A stretch of DNA of 64,000 nucleotides, from positions 383,160,001 to 383,224,000 of the forward strand of contig OZ024741.1 in the NCBI GenBank assembly GCA_964016885.1, written 5' to 3'. Made by a program: the position numbers and the translations under genes. Under the pieces are notes generated by a model. It saw only the letters and a list, made by a program, of their open reading frames with translations. It did not search any database and had not been told where the DNA came from. This DNA is from Eledone cirrhosa. Taxonomy: Eukaryota. Positions 38,801 to 50,893 of this stretch are shown here, piece by piece (position 1 is the stretch's first letter; the number at the start of each line of letters is the position of its first letter).

Positions 38801-39281
38801 CTACCGAGGAGCTTTGCCAGTTCGGGATAAACTCTACAGGCATGGAGGTGCCGTCAGCCGGGCATGTCCGAGATGCGCGCAGGGCGACGAAACCGTCCTG
38901 CACGCACTCGTCCAGTGTCCGAGCATTGCTGACTTGTGGGTTTATGTCGAACACCTGCTGTCACGTGTAGGACGGATCCAGCTATCAGCTGAGTCCATCG
39001 TGAGGATTGCCCCGCCCCCTTCCTTTAGCCTGGAAGAGCAGGCAGTTTTTATCTGTCTGGTGGCCATGGCGAAAGAGATAGTATGGTGGACACGTTTGAA
39101 AGGGCTGAAGACGAGCACTTACCACTTCGGTGATGCCCTGATTAACTTTTTCAAATTTCATTTGAAAATGAAAATCAGGGTAGAGAGGGAAGTGCTCTCT
39201 TCCCAGCATTTTGTTGAAAGATGGGTGAGAGAAGCAAGTATGGCCCGAATGAATGGGCCTTCTCTGAGTATGTGTCTGTAA
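35862..39281 (+). CDS. LINE ORF2: APE endonuclease, reverse transcriptase, C-terminal zinc finger (1139 aa)
   Basis: SINARGL, ISET, VYAP, GDWN, LDRVF, TDH; SPGLDG, DQSKAFDRVDH, RQGCPLS, YADD; CPRC..H..C. Confidence 0.95.
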   Translation: MTSLRIGSINARGLGSSWKQGHLLNDLRSLNIDVVAISETRISEAQAFAPIFGGYDVYASPSRPGSGGGVAVLFRRGLNLAIRAIFLDPEVKLVVLDVTSGDGQAFRLVGVYAPTGAGRPDFFRRLETFLGTSRSLVLVGDWNGILDARWDCVGLVGREVGCKSLTNLLRRFELSDRYRMDFPNVPMWTWTNRIGSSRSYLDRVFCREIDRSSIGCPQFKIVSYTDHKFVICVLDLDRLHRRGPGYWKLNASLPARKAYRDRISELVKRALTWAIVNNKWWFALKRAIRIESIRFSKTLAIEKNRAEGELVRKLDEALSKGIATDVLAAKLALDQFFNSKHEGCVVRARVRALRHEGTKAVEWARVAKARRGNKATIRSLVDNDGRMLLDPGQMCEAFQRHFAQLFGGSGGPDRGMDFSVYLDGLPRLSATEAECCEKPITTAEVRDAMTSCTRGKSPGLDGLPYELYVQMPNLFGGLLADVYCNWQQNWRIPSSVSRGAVALLRKDPNKGDNIDNFMPITLLNTEFKILAKVLAKRLALVVGGLVGEAQTCAIPDRSIHDNVHLMRYIVERVAREPGTDGSLINLDQSKAFDRVDHRYLTAVLRAAGFGPVFRGWIAAMHSDICSVVRVNGHLSEPFNIMLSVRQGCPLSSLLYVLTLEPLLHKLETLRGVPRKLGCGRSVSAYADDVTVVVSNAKHIEAIGTTLREYEAVTGAMINQENSVGLQLGTWRGRSMPSNSVVGRWTDGPVKLLGVWFGPDLQTDKNWDEVTSRVASLTQKWAERKLSLKGRAEVANAYIASVIYYRLTVVPCPKPRLTALERLLFRFLWKGRAPMVRRSICCQHPLRGGLGMPWLMMRRHALRLRHLHLFLDGDQVWSPFARHVFPQLVSLTELQSWVKRRPRGSAWRLECLQALTALDQSGNVIGGNSTLAFYRGLVEGKSDDVLGETLGVDENQLANLFGRTFGPGPMDNFQKSLAWQCYRGALPVRDKLYRHGGAVSRACPRCAQGDETVLHALVQCPSIADLWVYVEHLLSRVGRIQLSAESIVRIAPPPSFSLEEQAVFICLVAMAKEIVWWTRLKGLKTSTYHFGDALINFFKFHLKMKIRVEREVLSSQHFVERWVREASMARMNGPSLSMCL

Positions 39282-39524
39282 ATTAAGGGTGGAAAACTGG
39301 GAGAGGGCACTTACCCTGGTGGTCAGGGCCACTGTGGTCTTTTAATGGGCTTTCTCCACAAATGTCCCTTGGAAGTCTCCCCCCTATTGGGGAATTTTTC
39401 TTTGTTATTTTATTTCAACCTCTGTTTTTTTTACACGCAGAAATGCCCATTTGTACCGTCCTGTATTGTCCTGTACTGTCCTTAATGTCTACTTTATGTG
39501 AACCCTTGTGGTAAATAAAGAAAA

Positions 39525-39558
<34 letters not shown>

Positions 39559-39560
<2 letters not shown>

Positions 39561-42500
39561 AGTTGCATTCATCTTGCTTTATGTTCATACGAGTTATCAC
39601 AAAGTCACAACCAGTGACCTCAAGAGACAACAAGGTCCGCCATGTTCAAGGAAGAACATACATACTCACACATGCATGTTTAGTGTTTAGACTTGTGATG
39701 TACTTATATTGACAGAATCTTCCCTAGCATATGGGCAGTTCCCATTAGTACTATCTTTTGTATTTCTCCTATACGCGGGTTTCCTGGGATTTGCGATAAG
39801 TAATCATTAGACCCCTTAGGTATCATTCCCAGAGCGCCTACAACTACTGGTATTGTTTTAGTTCTCAATTTCCACATTTTTCCAATTTCTATCTCCAGTT
39901 CCTTATACTTGCTCAATTTTTCAAATGTTTTTATAGATACATTCTTGTCTATTGGAACGGACATATCAATTAGCAGTCATACCTTCTTTTTAAAGTCCTT
40001 CAATATATATCAGGTCTATTTGCATCTATTTTTCGGTCTGTTTGGATGCTAAAGTTCCACAAGATTGAGATGTGATCTTTTTCAAGTATGGGAGGTGGTT
40101 GATGCTCCCACCAATTCTTTTGATGGGGCAAGTCAAAATGCTTACACATTATCCAACGTATGTATTGTGCAGCTCTGTCATGTCTGTTTAGGTATTCGGT
40201 TGGAGCTATAGGACTGCACATTGAAATTATATGGTCAATGGTCTCTGGCTGTCTTTTGCAGACACGGCATAATGGGCTGCATCCATTTTTTATTATGTTG
40301 GCTTGGTAATTTTTTGTTGGCAGACACTGATCTTGTGCTGATATAATCAGTCCTTCAGTCTCCGATTTCAGTCCAGAGGATGCCAACCACTGATGGGTTA
40401 AAGTTTTGTCAACATCAGGATTGTTAGCTCGCTGTGGGTATTTTCCATACAGAGGCTTTTCTTGCCATTTCTTAGCCAGTTTCTGTAGCAGTTCTTTCTT
40501 TGCAGTTACTTTTACCTGCTTTGCTTTTTCTGTGTTTTCCATTTTAGCAGTAAATGGGACTTCTGAAATTTGTAGTCCATTACTGTATCTTTGTGCATCT
40601 TTTGTAATGGAATATGATCTTTTGATGCTTTCGTGTTTCAAAACGAGTTTGATCATCCAATCATGTGATTCCCTTATATATGTAGATAATCCAATTGTTG
40701 CAGTTTTCAACGCAATGTCTAACTGGATTAACCCACGTCCCCCTTCTTTCCTAGGGAGATATATTCTATCTATATCTGCCTTAGAGTGATGCATTCTGTG
40801 CATGGTTAAGAATTTTCGAATTTTTATATCGAGCCTACGGATCTCTGTGCTTGACCAGTTGATGACATTACTACTGGTATGGCAAGCGTGTTTATGGCAT
40901 CGATCCTATTCCTTGCATTCAATTCCGTTCTTAAGATTGCTCTTACTCTGCGGTAACATTCCTTCCTTATCCTTTCCCTCATTGTCGAGTGCTTGATTCC
41001 GTCTCCTTCACAAACACCTAGATATTTGTAAGTTTTTTCTTGATCAAGTTCTCTTATCACGTTCCTCCGATCAAGATTAATGCCTGAACTCCTCAGCAGC
41101 TTTCCTCTGGTGAACGTTGCTTTGGCGCATTTATCTAGTCCAAACTCCATTTTAATGTCATCACTGAACTGTTCCACAGTGGATAATAGCCTTTGCAATT
41201 GTTCATCATTTTTTGCAAATAGTTTCAGGTCATCCATGTAGAACAAGTGATTAATGGTTTTGTCATAGACTTTATATCCATGTTTTGTTTCATTGAGAAT
41301 TTTACTTAATGGTATAAGTGCGATGCAGAATAAAAGCGGTGATAAAGAGTCACCCTGAAAAATTCCACAATTAATATTAACTTCTCCAGCTTCCAGTGAT
41401 TTTGTTTCACTATTCAAAAGGAGTGTCGTTTTCCATGTCTTCATACTGAATGACAAAAACCTCCTGACAACGGGGGATATTTTGAAAATCTCTAAACATT
41501 TTTCAATCCAACTGTGTGGCAAACTATCGAATGCTTTTTTATAATCTATCCAAGCAATCGATAGATTTTTGTGTCTATTATGACAATCTTCCAGTATCAT
41601 TTTGTTAACCAAAAGCTGATCCTTACAGCCATATGAGCCTCGTTTACACCCTTTCTGCTCAATGGGAAATTTGTTATCAGGTGGTCATATGTGTATTCAG
41701 TTAGGACTGATGTTAACATTTTATACATTGTGGTCAAGCAAGTTATCGGTCTGTAATTTTGGGGATTGTTTGTCTCATCATTCTTCGGAAGCAGGAATGT
41801 AATGCCGTTAACTAGCCATGATGGTGTCTTTTCTGGCTCCTTAACTATTTCATTGTAAAGTTGGGCTAACAGCTCATGAGACTCTGTGAAGGCATTTATC
41901 CAAAAATGTTGTATTTTGTCTTTTCCTGGGGATTTCCATTTGCTGGTTTTTCTTAGAGCAAAGCGCAACTGTTCAACTGTTATATTTTCCCATATTTGTT
42001 CCTCAAGGTGAGCTGTATCTTTCATTTGTCTGTCTCTCCATGGGGCATGTATGTTATGAACTTTTTCTTCGGTCCAGATCTTTTCCCAGAATTCTTGCAC
42101 TTCCTCCTTGGGTGCTATTGATTTAGCAGTTATTGTTGACTTACCAATTTTTCTGTAGAAGTTTCTTTGTTTGTTTTTGAACATATTATTGTCCTTATAG
42201 AATCTAGATCGTTTTTCAAAGCGCCTTATACGAGCAGCTTTGGCCGACACTTTTTGCTTGATTATTTCTATCAGCATGTCTATGTCACTTGTTGATTTTA
42301 TACTGTACTTTCTTTTCGATTTTCTAAGTTTAGTTTGTTTAATATGTTCACCTACTTTATAGTTTGTTAACATTTCTATGTCAGATCGGAGAAGGTTTAT
42401 TTGGCGATTGATGTTCTCTTGCCAAGTAGAATTCTTGTGGGAATTCCTTTGTTTTTTCATCTTCACTCCACATAAATGAGTGGTGACTTTAGCCGATGCA

Positions 42501-43500
42501 TAATAGAGATGATTTAAATCAGTAATGTTTAGTTTGTTTGTGATGATAATGTTTTTGAGAATTATGTTAGTCTTGTGTATTATCTTTTGGTTCTGTTTGG
42601 ACTTCTGGATCTTAGGGAAGGTGTCTCGTTGCCCCATGTCAGATTCTTTCATTTTCATCCATTCGATCATAATTTCATCCTTCAAGTTGGCAAGTTCATT
42701 CTCATTCATTTCTTTATCATTTACGATCTCATTATTTTCATTTGGAGTTTCATCTTGAGCATCCACTCCCTCCACTTTTTCGATCCTTTCTTTAATTTGT
42801 TCTGTTGCCAGTGATTCCGCCCCAACCCTGGGATTCGAAGTGTTACAATTTACCTCGTTTTCACTGACACATGTTTCATTTTCCCTTCGCTGACTTTGTG
42901 CTAATAGCTTGATCTGATCAATTTCTATATCAGTTAGTAACTTTTTTCTTACAATATTTCTTCGTATATTGGCTAGTTTGTTACTGTCAATATAGCCTCG
43001 GTTTTCGGGATGTTTCTTTTTCCAGTTGATATATGTCTGTTCTGTATTCGATGTATTTGATGGATAGTACATGGCAGTGTAGAAAGCCTCAAGGACTTCT
43101 TTATTATCTTCCCTTGACCATTTTTCTCTCTTTTTCTTTGGATTTCTTCGTGGTGAGCATGGAGGGCCAACAGTAGGAGTATTCCGGTTATGGGAGGTCT
43201 CCAGCTCCGAAGTGATGGGAAGGTTTGAACCATTAGCTGATTTTTAGACCCCAGTCTGGTTCCTCTCTGAGGGATGCGGCCCTTTTTTACCCGGGTGACG
43301 GCCGATCCGGTATGAGATTTTATCATTAGACATTTACTTTATTTTGTCGCGTTTTATCCTTATCCGCAAAGGGGTAATCATTTCGTGTTACCACTTCTAG
43401 AACGAGTGTCAACCAAGACTAGATGGGTCGTTCTCCCCTAGAGACACGGCTATTCCCCGCCGGCCGCCATCCCGGTATTTCTTTGTCACGGGGTTTTCTT
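39559..43500 (-). mobile_element. Near full-length R4/Dong-type RLE LINE (family D2), several frameshifts
   Basis: Single long ORF in five pieces: N-terminal region, [39 protein letters not shown]; GC-rich 5' leader; (AAT)n tail. Confidence 0.9.
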
Positions 43501-43577
43501 TTTGTTGTTTTTTTAAAATTGTTATTATCATGAGTGGTTCCTTAATGTGAGCATTGCGTAGCTTAAGAATGAAATTA

Positions 43578-43631
43578 TTAATAATTGTCTCCACTCCAGG
43601 CACAAGGCCAGCAATCACCCAGTGCATTACA
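43578..43631 (-). mobile_element. SINE S1 3' fragment
   Basis: Reverse complement GTAATGCACTGGGTGATTGCTGGCCTTGTGCC..AGACAATTATT. Confidence 0.7.
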
Positions 43632-44426
43632 ATAATATAATATACTTTTTGCTGAAGTTGCCTGTTATTGTTGTTGGCTATGTCGGCGGTGGTGCTGGGG
43701 CTTTTTATATTGTTGGTGAGGAAGGGGGGAGCCAGCAGTGCCATAGTTGTTGACGTTTGGCCGGTGGCCAGGTAATTAAGTCAATATATTTATATCTTTT
43801 GCTAGCCTCTCCCTTGTCTAGTGATACCGCCACCTTCCCCTTTCTTAAGTTAACAGGGGAATAGTGGTGGTAGCAATGAAGGAGTGATGGCGGCGGTGAT
43901 GGGATAGTGGTAGCAATGATGGATGGAGTGGTGGCGGCGGTGGCGTTGTCGTTACTGAGTTTTGTGATATGTAGTATCTATGAGTTTGTGTCGCGTATGT
44001 TTAATATATATTGTGTTGACATATTCCCGTAAAATTGGAATTAAACATTTTGTTAAAACCTGAGACAGTAATAATAGTTATTATTTTTATGATGCTGGGA
44101 TTTGGTGGTGGTGGTGGTGAAATTGCCGTTATCTGGCTGTTATATTTAGTGTGATGGGGTAGGTGGTGTATCAAGTTTCTGGTGTTGGTGAAATTGCTGT
44201 TATTTGGCTGTTCTATATAGTGTAGACAGAGGGTGTTTTCTTCCATTTATAACCATTTTCTTTTTGAATACAAAATATATAATACAAAATTGAATATTTG
44301 AGCGATATAACAATATAATATGGATCCGAAATTTTATGAGACTTGATTCGGTCGTTTATGCATCATTGTACTAAGAATTGTTATTTCACAATTGATTTAA
44401 ATATGTTAAAAATCAAAAACTTAAAC

Positions 44427-44480
<54 letters not shown>

Positions 44481-47400
44481 GGACGAACAACTCTGCGGAG
44501 GAAAAAGTTCGTAATTTTAAGCTGTTTTAAAGTATCATGTTTCTTGTCGTTAACACGAGAGACCTGTCAATATTCGGGCTTTAAACCTAAATATTCAGAT
44601 TTCTTTATAAAAACTTCGAAAAAAATCGCTTCCCCACCAACAAAAATATATAAACTTTCGACTTTGAAACGGTAAACAACGTACAGGTCAAAAGTTCAAA
44701 AACAGCCACTGTAGATCTCCCCTCAACTAGTACTACTACTAGAAATACTACTACTACTACTACTACTACTAAAACTACTACTACTACAGACATGCCTATC
44801 GACCATTCCACTGAATGTGAAGACAAAACACAAAAGTTACCATCACAACCGCCCCTTTCTGTGATAGTAGCAGTACCATCTCAAAACGACCTCACCACCA
44901 CCACAACAACAACTCAGATCAACAAAGACAATAAGACCGACAGCCTCAATTTCAAAACTGATGGCGGTGGCAACAGCAACAACAAACAAAACAACAACAA
45001 CAACAACAACAACAGCAAGAACGACAACACCATCAACAAGAGCAACAGAGGCACCACCTTTGCAGCGGAAGCAGCGAAAGCAAAGCGCTTATTGAATGTT
45101 GATATTAGCGATGAGGAACAATGGTTGGGCCAGGCGTGGAGGTTAATTAAACGGGAGAAGTCCTGGGCAAACCTTACCATCCCGGACGGGGCAATAGCGG
45201 CCATGCAAACGATGACGGTGTACTTTCGATGCATTTCAGTGCAAACACGCAAAGTGGAACTTGCCAGCCAAGCAGAGGTCGAGGCTGCTTTGAAGTGCAT
45301 CGGAAGGGACATAGAGTATAAAGCAAGGTCCAAGCAGTTCGGTACCATCTCGGTACTGTTCAAAACCGAGGCCCATGCTATTATGCACTCGATGATCTCT
45401 ACAGAAGGGAACGCATTATCATGCACCCGTCCTACATGGGCAAAAGGACATTGAAGGTCCGCATTCGCAGGTTCCCACCAGGAATGAACATATGGACGCC
45501 CCTGGGATGCGTAATCGAGGAGGGGACAGACACTACCCTCCTGAATATCAAAAGGACAGAGAGAGAAGCTGGGACCGGAATGGATTTGGCGATTTTTCTC
45601 CAAATGAAACTAGAGGACATCAACAACATACTGGATTTTGTCCGCCTGCAGGACGGGACAACAATCTGCGGGGAAGCAACGCATCTGCAAGCCTTCTGCC
45701 CTCAGCTCAAAAATGCAGGGGGTCGCAAACCTTTTTTGTTGCCAACACCAGTGTCAGCACGAAAGGCTGCAGCACCACCACCACCAAAAACAACACCAAC
45801 AATGCACGGGTACTCCCACCAACATAAAAACAGTCGGACCATAACTAGCACCGAAACCATTCCAAGGGGAAAACGAGGAAAGCTCTCCCACTCCTCTTAC
45901 CCCTCCAATTATACACATAGACAAAACAATAAATGCACATACAGACACATATAAACTCTCAGCCACAGACCCTTTGTCTTCCAGCAGTGAAGATGAAGTA
46001 AAACCCAAAAGTGCCAAAAAACAAAAGAGAAAACCCACAAAAAAAAAAGCCCAACAAAACACAAAAACATACACATCGAAATATACAGACACCACTAACG
46101 CAAACACTTCCCCAATAACATCAACACTAGCATCAATATCAACACCAGCCCCACAATCCCCGAAACGCAAACAACCTAAACAAACACAAGAACAAATAAA
46201 CACACAGACACCTGAAATTGCAGACAACACACCTACAACGCACACAGACATACCCGAAACAACACCACCAAAACCATCACCACCAAAGTCACCAAAACGA
46301 AAACACATAAAACCACACCAACAAAATGTTAAAACTTCGTGCTTGTCAGAAGGGCCAACGATAAACTGATGGCCCTCTTAGCACGAAGCGAGGACATTCA
46401 AACAGAGGGGGAGATTTTTGAATTGAACACATTTTGCGTGCCAAAAGATTTGCTTCTGGTGCGAATGTCGCTCGATTTCTACAAAGAAATTCGAGAGAGC
46501 TTTCCTCAAGACGTGGGAACCACGCAACGTGAAACCCACATCAAGACTTTTAAAGGGTTCCCAAAAGAAACCCCACCGACAATGGAGGTCGAACCACCTG
46601 ACCTTCACAAGACCCGAGTAGGTATGTAAACCTTCCCTCTCTCTTTTAGATGACTCTCAGATCTTCGCATCTGTTAGCAGGCCGGGAATGGGAGGTGGAG
46701 TGGCAGTGCCGTTTAAGAAAGGTCTGGATCTCGAGGTAAGGTCGATCCTCCGGGACCTGGACGGTAAGTTGCATGTGCTGGATGTGATCAGTAACGAAGG
46801 TGGTGCCCTTAGACAGCTGGCTGTCTACACCCCTACTGGGGCCGGACGACCGGACTTCTTTAGGCGCCTGGAAACCTTTCTGGGTACGTCTCGCCCTCTA
46901 CTGTTAGCGGGAGGTGCAAAAGCCTCAAACACCTGATCACCCAGTTCCAACTGTCTGACAGGTATCGACTGGATTTCCCCAATACGCCAGTGTGGACGTG
47001 TACCAACCCCATAGGGTCATCTAGATCGTATATAGACAGGATCTTCATTAGAAAGATAGATAGAAATAGTGTAGGCTGCCCACTTTTTAAAACGGTCGCC
47101 TATTCAGATCAGAAATTTGTGATCTGTTTAGTCGACCTAGATAAAACGCGTAGGTTGGGACCGGGTTACTGGAAGCTGAACATGTTATTTCCGGAACGTT
47201 AGGTTAACAGGGACCGAGTCAACAATTTAGTTGAGCAAAAGTTGACAGGGGGATCATCAACAACAGATGGTGAGGGCTCTCAAAAGAGAGATTAGAGTAA
47301 CTTCGATAAAGTTCATCAAAGAGCTAGCGTTAGAAAAAAATAGAAAGGAGTGGGAGCTGGTAGATAAGTTAGATGAGCCTAGTTGTAGTGGCATTGCTAC

Positions 47401-48368
47401 TGACGTGCTAGCGGCGAGAATGGCATAAAACATTTCTTCAATGCGAAACCCGAAGGTTGCATTGTCAGAGCTAAGGCGCGTGCACTGAGAAACGAGGGAT
47501 CCAAAGCTGATAGATGGACCCGCGTGGCGGGGGCGCAGCGTGGTAATAAAACCACAATTAGGTCTTTGGCGAACCGAGACGGACACGAGATAAGCGATTC
47601 CAAGCGGATGTGAGGCCTTTCGCCAGCACTTTGCTCGGTTGTTCGGGGAGAGTGGCGAGTCAGAGAGAATAGCGGATTTCAGTCCCTACCTAGACGGCTT
47701 GCCGCGCATCTCGACGGTCGACGCTGAGCGTTGCGAAAGACCGATTACTTGAGCCTAAATTTAGGACGCCCTTGTCGGCTGCATGACGCGCAAGTCACCC
47801 GGTTAGCATGGCCTGTTCTACGAGCTATACGTAAATATGCCTCACTTGTTCTCCGATCTTCTCGACGCGCTCTACTGCAACTGGCATTAGAATGGGAATA
47901 TTCCCAGTTCTGTGCGCCGGGGAGAGGTGACGCTGATAAGGAAATACGAGAACAAGAGGGACACATTAGACAACTTCAGGCCCATAACTCTGCTCAACAC
48001 AGAGTTTAAGATTTTGGCCAAGGTGTTAGCAAAGAGATTGGCGCTTCTCGTCGAGGTCCATACACGACAATCTCCACATCATGCCATACATCACAGAGAG
48101 GGTAAGGTGTAAACCTGGCTTTGGTGGGGCACTGATCAATTTAGATCAATCGAAAGCATTCGATAGTGTCGACCATCGGTATCTGGAGTTTGTTCTCAAA
48201 GCAGCTGGCTACGGCCCTGTCTTCAGAAGTTGGATCGCTGCAATGCACAGCGGCACACTCTCGGTGGTCAAGGTTAATGGCGACCTCTCGGACCCATTTC
48301 GGCTCTCCCGATCGGTCCGTCAAGGGTTCCTTCTCTCTTTACTTCTGTACGTATTGACTCTTGAGCCT
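44481..48368 (+). mobile_element. Divergent Tx1-type LINE (copy E, second family), 3'-truncated
   Basis: Starts (ATT)n|GGACGAAC; distinct ORF1 (TTFAAEAAK, ICGEATHLQAFC); ORF2 fragments GPGYWKLN, RPITLLNTEFK, DQSKAFD. Confidence 0.85.
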
Positions 48369-48419
48369 GTGTCCCTCTTCCTTCTCTTATTTATAATTCA
48401 ATTTAATTAATCACGTAGT

Positions 48420-48960
48420 GTATGTTTTGGAAGTCTGTAACTTGGGTATCATTCAGAGAAGAGTATTCATTTCAGAGATTTCGTGGATTAAGCACATTTG
48501 TTTGTGCTGACTGGATGTCTGGGCTGTAGTGCTTCCATGAAAAAAGCAGGCGTCTCAAAGGTTGTAAACAAATCTTGACCACCTCGTTTTTAGACTTTAT
48601 ATATTTGTTTCGATGTATTCAAGCCCTATAATTTTTACTGGGGCAGACGAAACATCTCTGTATTCCATTGATGTATGATCTTGACTTTTCTAAGATTCTC
48701 CATTTCATATCATATAACTCCCAAGCGTTTTTGCCAGGGTCCTGATGGTCATCTTTGTAGCGTATCTAACGAATAGTCATGTGAGTAGAATCGTTGTTTA
48801 AATAGATATGGTACCATACCATATGTGATTTACCTCTCTCTGCAAGGTTGGTGGGGATAGGTCTAACTATTGTCTTATATACAGTGGACTTGATGTTACT
48901 CTTCAACTGCTGAGGGCAGTTTTTCTTTACCAGTATGAGCATATGGAACTTCATCGGATT
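48420..48960 (-). pseudogene. Penelope-like GIY-YIG remnant
   Basis: KKNCPQQ..KSTVYKTIV and MKWRILEKSRSYINGIQRCFVC. Confidence 0.6.
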
Positions 48961-49269
48961 TGGTTTTAACAGTTTTTCGATCTCATGGAAGGAGCGGCAA
49001 TTGTATATTTTTCTATACCTAAATATAGTGGGAGGAACTGCTCATCTTTCAGAACTAAGGACATCTTTCCAGCATGGCATTTTTATGTTAAAGGCGTAAG
49101 GGCGGTTAACCAGATAGTCTTTCTACTTCTATTTTTATTTTTAAGAGGGTTATATTCAGTAGAACTTAAGAGATCAGCGTAGATGAGATATTACTATGGG
49201 ACTTCCATGAGATCGAAAATAAATGTTAAAAACAAACCTGAGAAAGATAGATGATACTCATGCAGCGTT

Positions 49270-50060
49270 AAGGAAGATTGTTTATATTAAATCTGTATAT
49301 GAGCACAAACTTACACCTTCCACCAACAAACAAGCAGAGAACAGTGAGTATGGTACAAGATCAGTTTATACAAAGACACTACTCACATGTACTTTCCTTT
49401 ACGTTCCCTGCAATCAAGACAACCTCGGCCATGGTACTGAAATATCTCCTTTAAATCAGAAAGGAATCCTGGCTATTATATGATGGATGATCCTAGTATT
49501 GTCCAGACCATATATACAAGGAACAAAGACATGTTCCATCTGCTACAGTAGAAACGTCAGTCTTTAACTCATTCCAAATATAAAAACTGAACTCTAGGAA
49601 CGAGGTCTTCAAGGGCTGTTTTTACCCCAACAGAAATCTTTTTCTGGAAAATCACATACTCCAGACACCCAGTCAAAACAAACAGTGGTACTACATTCAT
49701 TATAAGTGCCACATCACACTCTGCACGTTACAGAAGTTAGTTTTCTGAAACATACACCACACTATTAAATGACTTAATATATAAACAACAGAAGACACAA
49801 TCACAGAAACATACGCATCAAAAGCATCCACATTATTAAACAAAAATTAGTTCCATTAAAAAATTTCATTAACCCTATTCTCAGGGTTGTGGCCCCTTTC
49901 CATGCGTGAATTTATAACGAAACATCGTTCAGACATTAACTCCATGCCTGATGAATTAAGCCTAATTATTGCACATGCATTCTGTAACAACTTGTGCAGT
50001 CAGTGTTTACCCTGAATCCATTAACTCAATGGTATATATCTGTATATGTTTATTAAAAAA
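49270..50060 (+). mobile_element. Penelope-like 3' remnant: GIY-YIG C-terminus plus decayed hammerhead
   Basis: WMILVLSRPYIQGTKTCSIC..LNSRNEVFKGC; CTGATGA at 49948, then GAAT-CCATT-AACTC-AATGG-TA at 50014-50034. Confidence 0.6.
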
Positions 50061-50718
50061 GACAATTGATTCGTTGCAATACCTTTTTGGTTTCTAGTTG
50101 ATGACACTCATTGCCCAATAGGTCATAAAAGGCTTAATTCCGTCCCTAATGCAAAGCAGAAATTATAATCATGGATTAATTATATGATCCTTTTGTGGTA
50201 TGTTTTTCATCTGCACATTATAAAATTAATGAAAGGTAGAATAAGATTCTCTGAGGAGGTTAATGAGATGTTGGCTAACCACACACTCTTTGATGACTAT
50301 TTGGCATAACATCTATAGAGATCTTAATATATATTTAATGTCAATAATCTAATGACAGGTATTTGAACATCCTTCCCGGTAAAGCTAGCATAAAGTTATT
50401 AAAGTAAGCCATATAATTTATTAAATGGACTCAGTATTACCCATGAATGATTAGTACAAAATCGTCTTAAATTTGAGGAACGGACAGATGGGTCCGAAAA
50501 TATATATCTCCTCCGCTGAAATATAGGTGAATCCCTCATGGTCTAGGTATTTATTTGACGCATATCTGGGAATAATTTATGTTAATTTTTACTATAGCTT
50601 ACTTTACTATTGATATATCGCGCAGTGGTAGAAAGATTTTCCTTTGAAGGGAAAACAATGAGATTACTGGCTATAAACATACCCAAAATCACTTTATATT
50701 TATCCCCAAATCATACTC

Positions 50719-50893
50719 CACGTGGCATAGTGGTTAGAAAATTGGATTCACAATCACACTATTCTGAGTACGATTCCTGGACTGGGCGAGTCGTTATGTC
50801 CTTAAGCAAGACACTTTATTTCACGTTATTCTTTCTGCCAGGATATGCGGCCCTTAGATATTATCAGCAATGGAAAAACTAATGGAAACATTA
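50719..50893 (+). mobile_element. CORE-like SINE S2
   Basis: CGTGGCATAGTGGTTAG head; TATGTCCTTAAGCAAGACACTTTATTTCACG as at 16151. Confidence 0.7.

Larger units (their letters stand above)
33623..39525 (+). mobile_element. Full-length Tx1-type LINE (copy D), near intact
   Basis: (ATT)n|GGCGACCT...5'UTR-ORF1-34-nt spacer-ORF2-3'UTR...AATAAAGAAAAC|(ATT)n. Confidence 0.95.

Noticed and set aside
34930-38954. Long antisense and alternative-frame ORFs inside Tx1
   Set aside because: Expected shadow ORFs of A/C-skewed ORF1 and GC-rich ORF2; no recognisable domains
26651-39525. Tandem segmental duplication of a Dong+Tx1 module
   Set aside because: Copy C has a distinct ORF1 N-terminus and is heavily decayed while copy D is near intact; independent insertions fit better
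43640-44430. Thr/Pro-rich minus-strand stretch resembling a LINE ORF1 start
   Set aside because: No diagnostic motif, and the flanking ATT polarity does not fit the Tx1 rule
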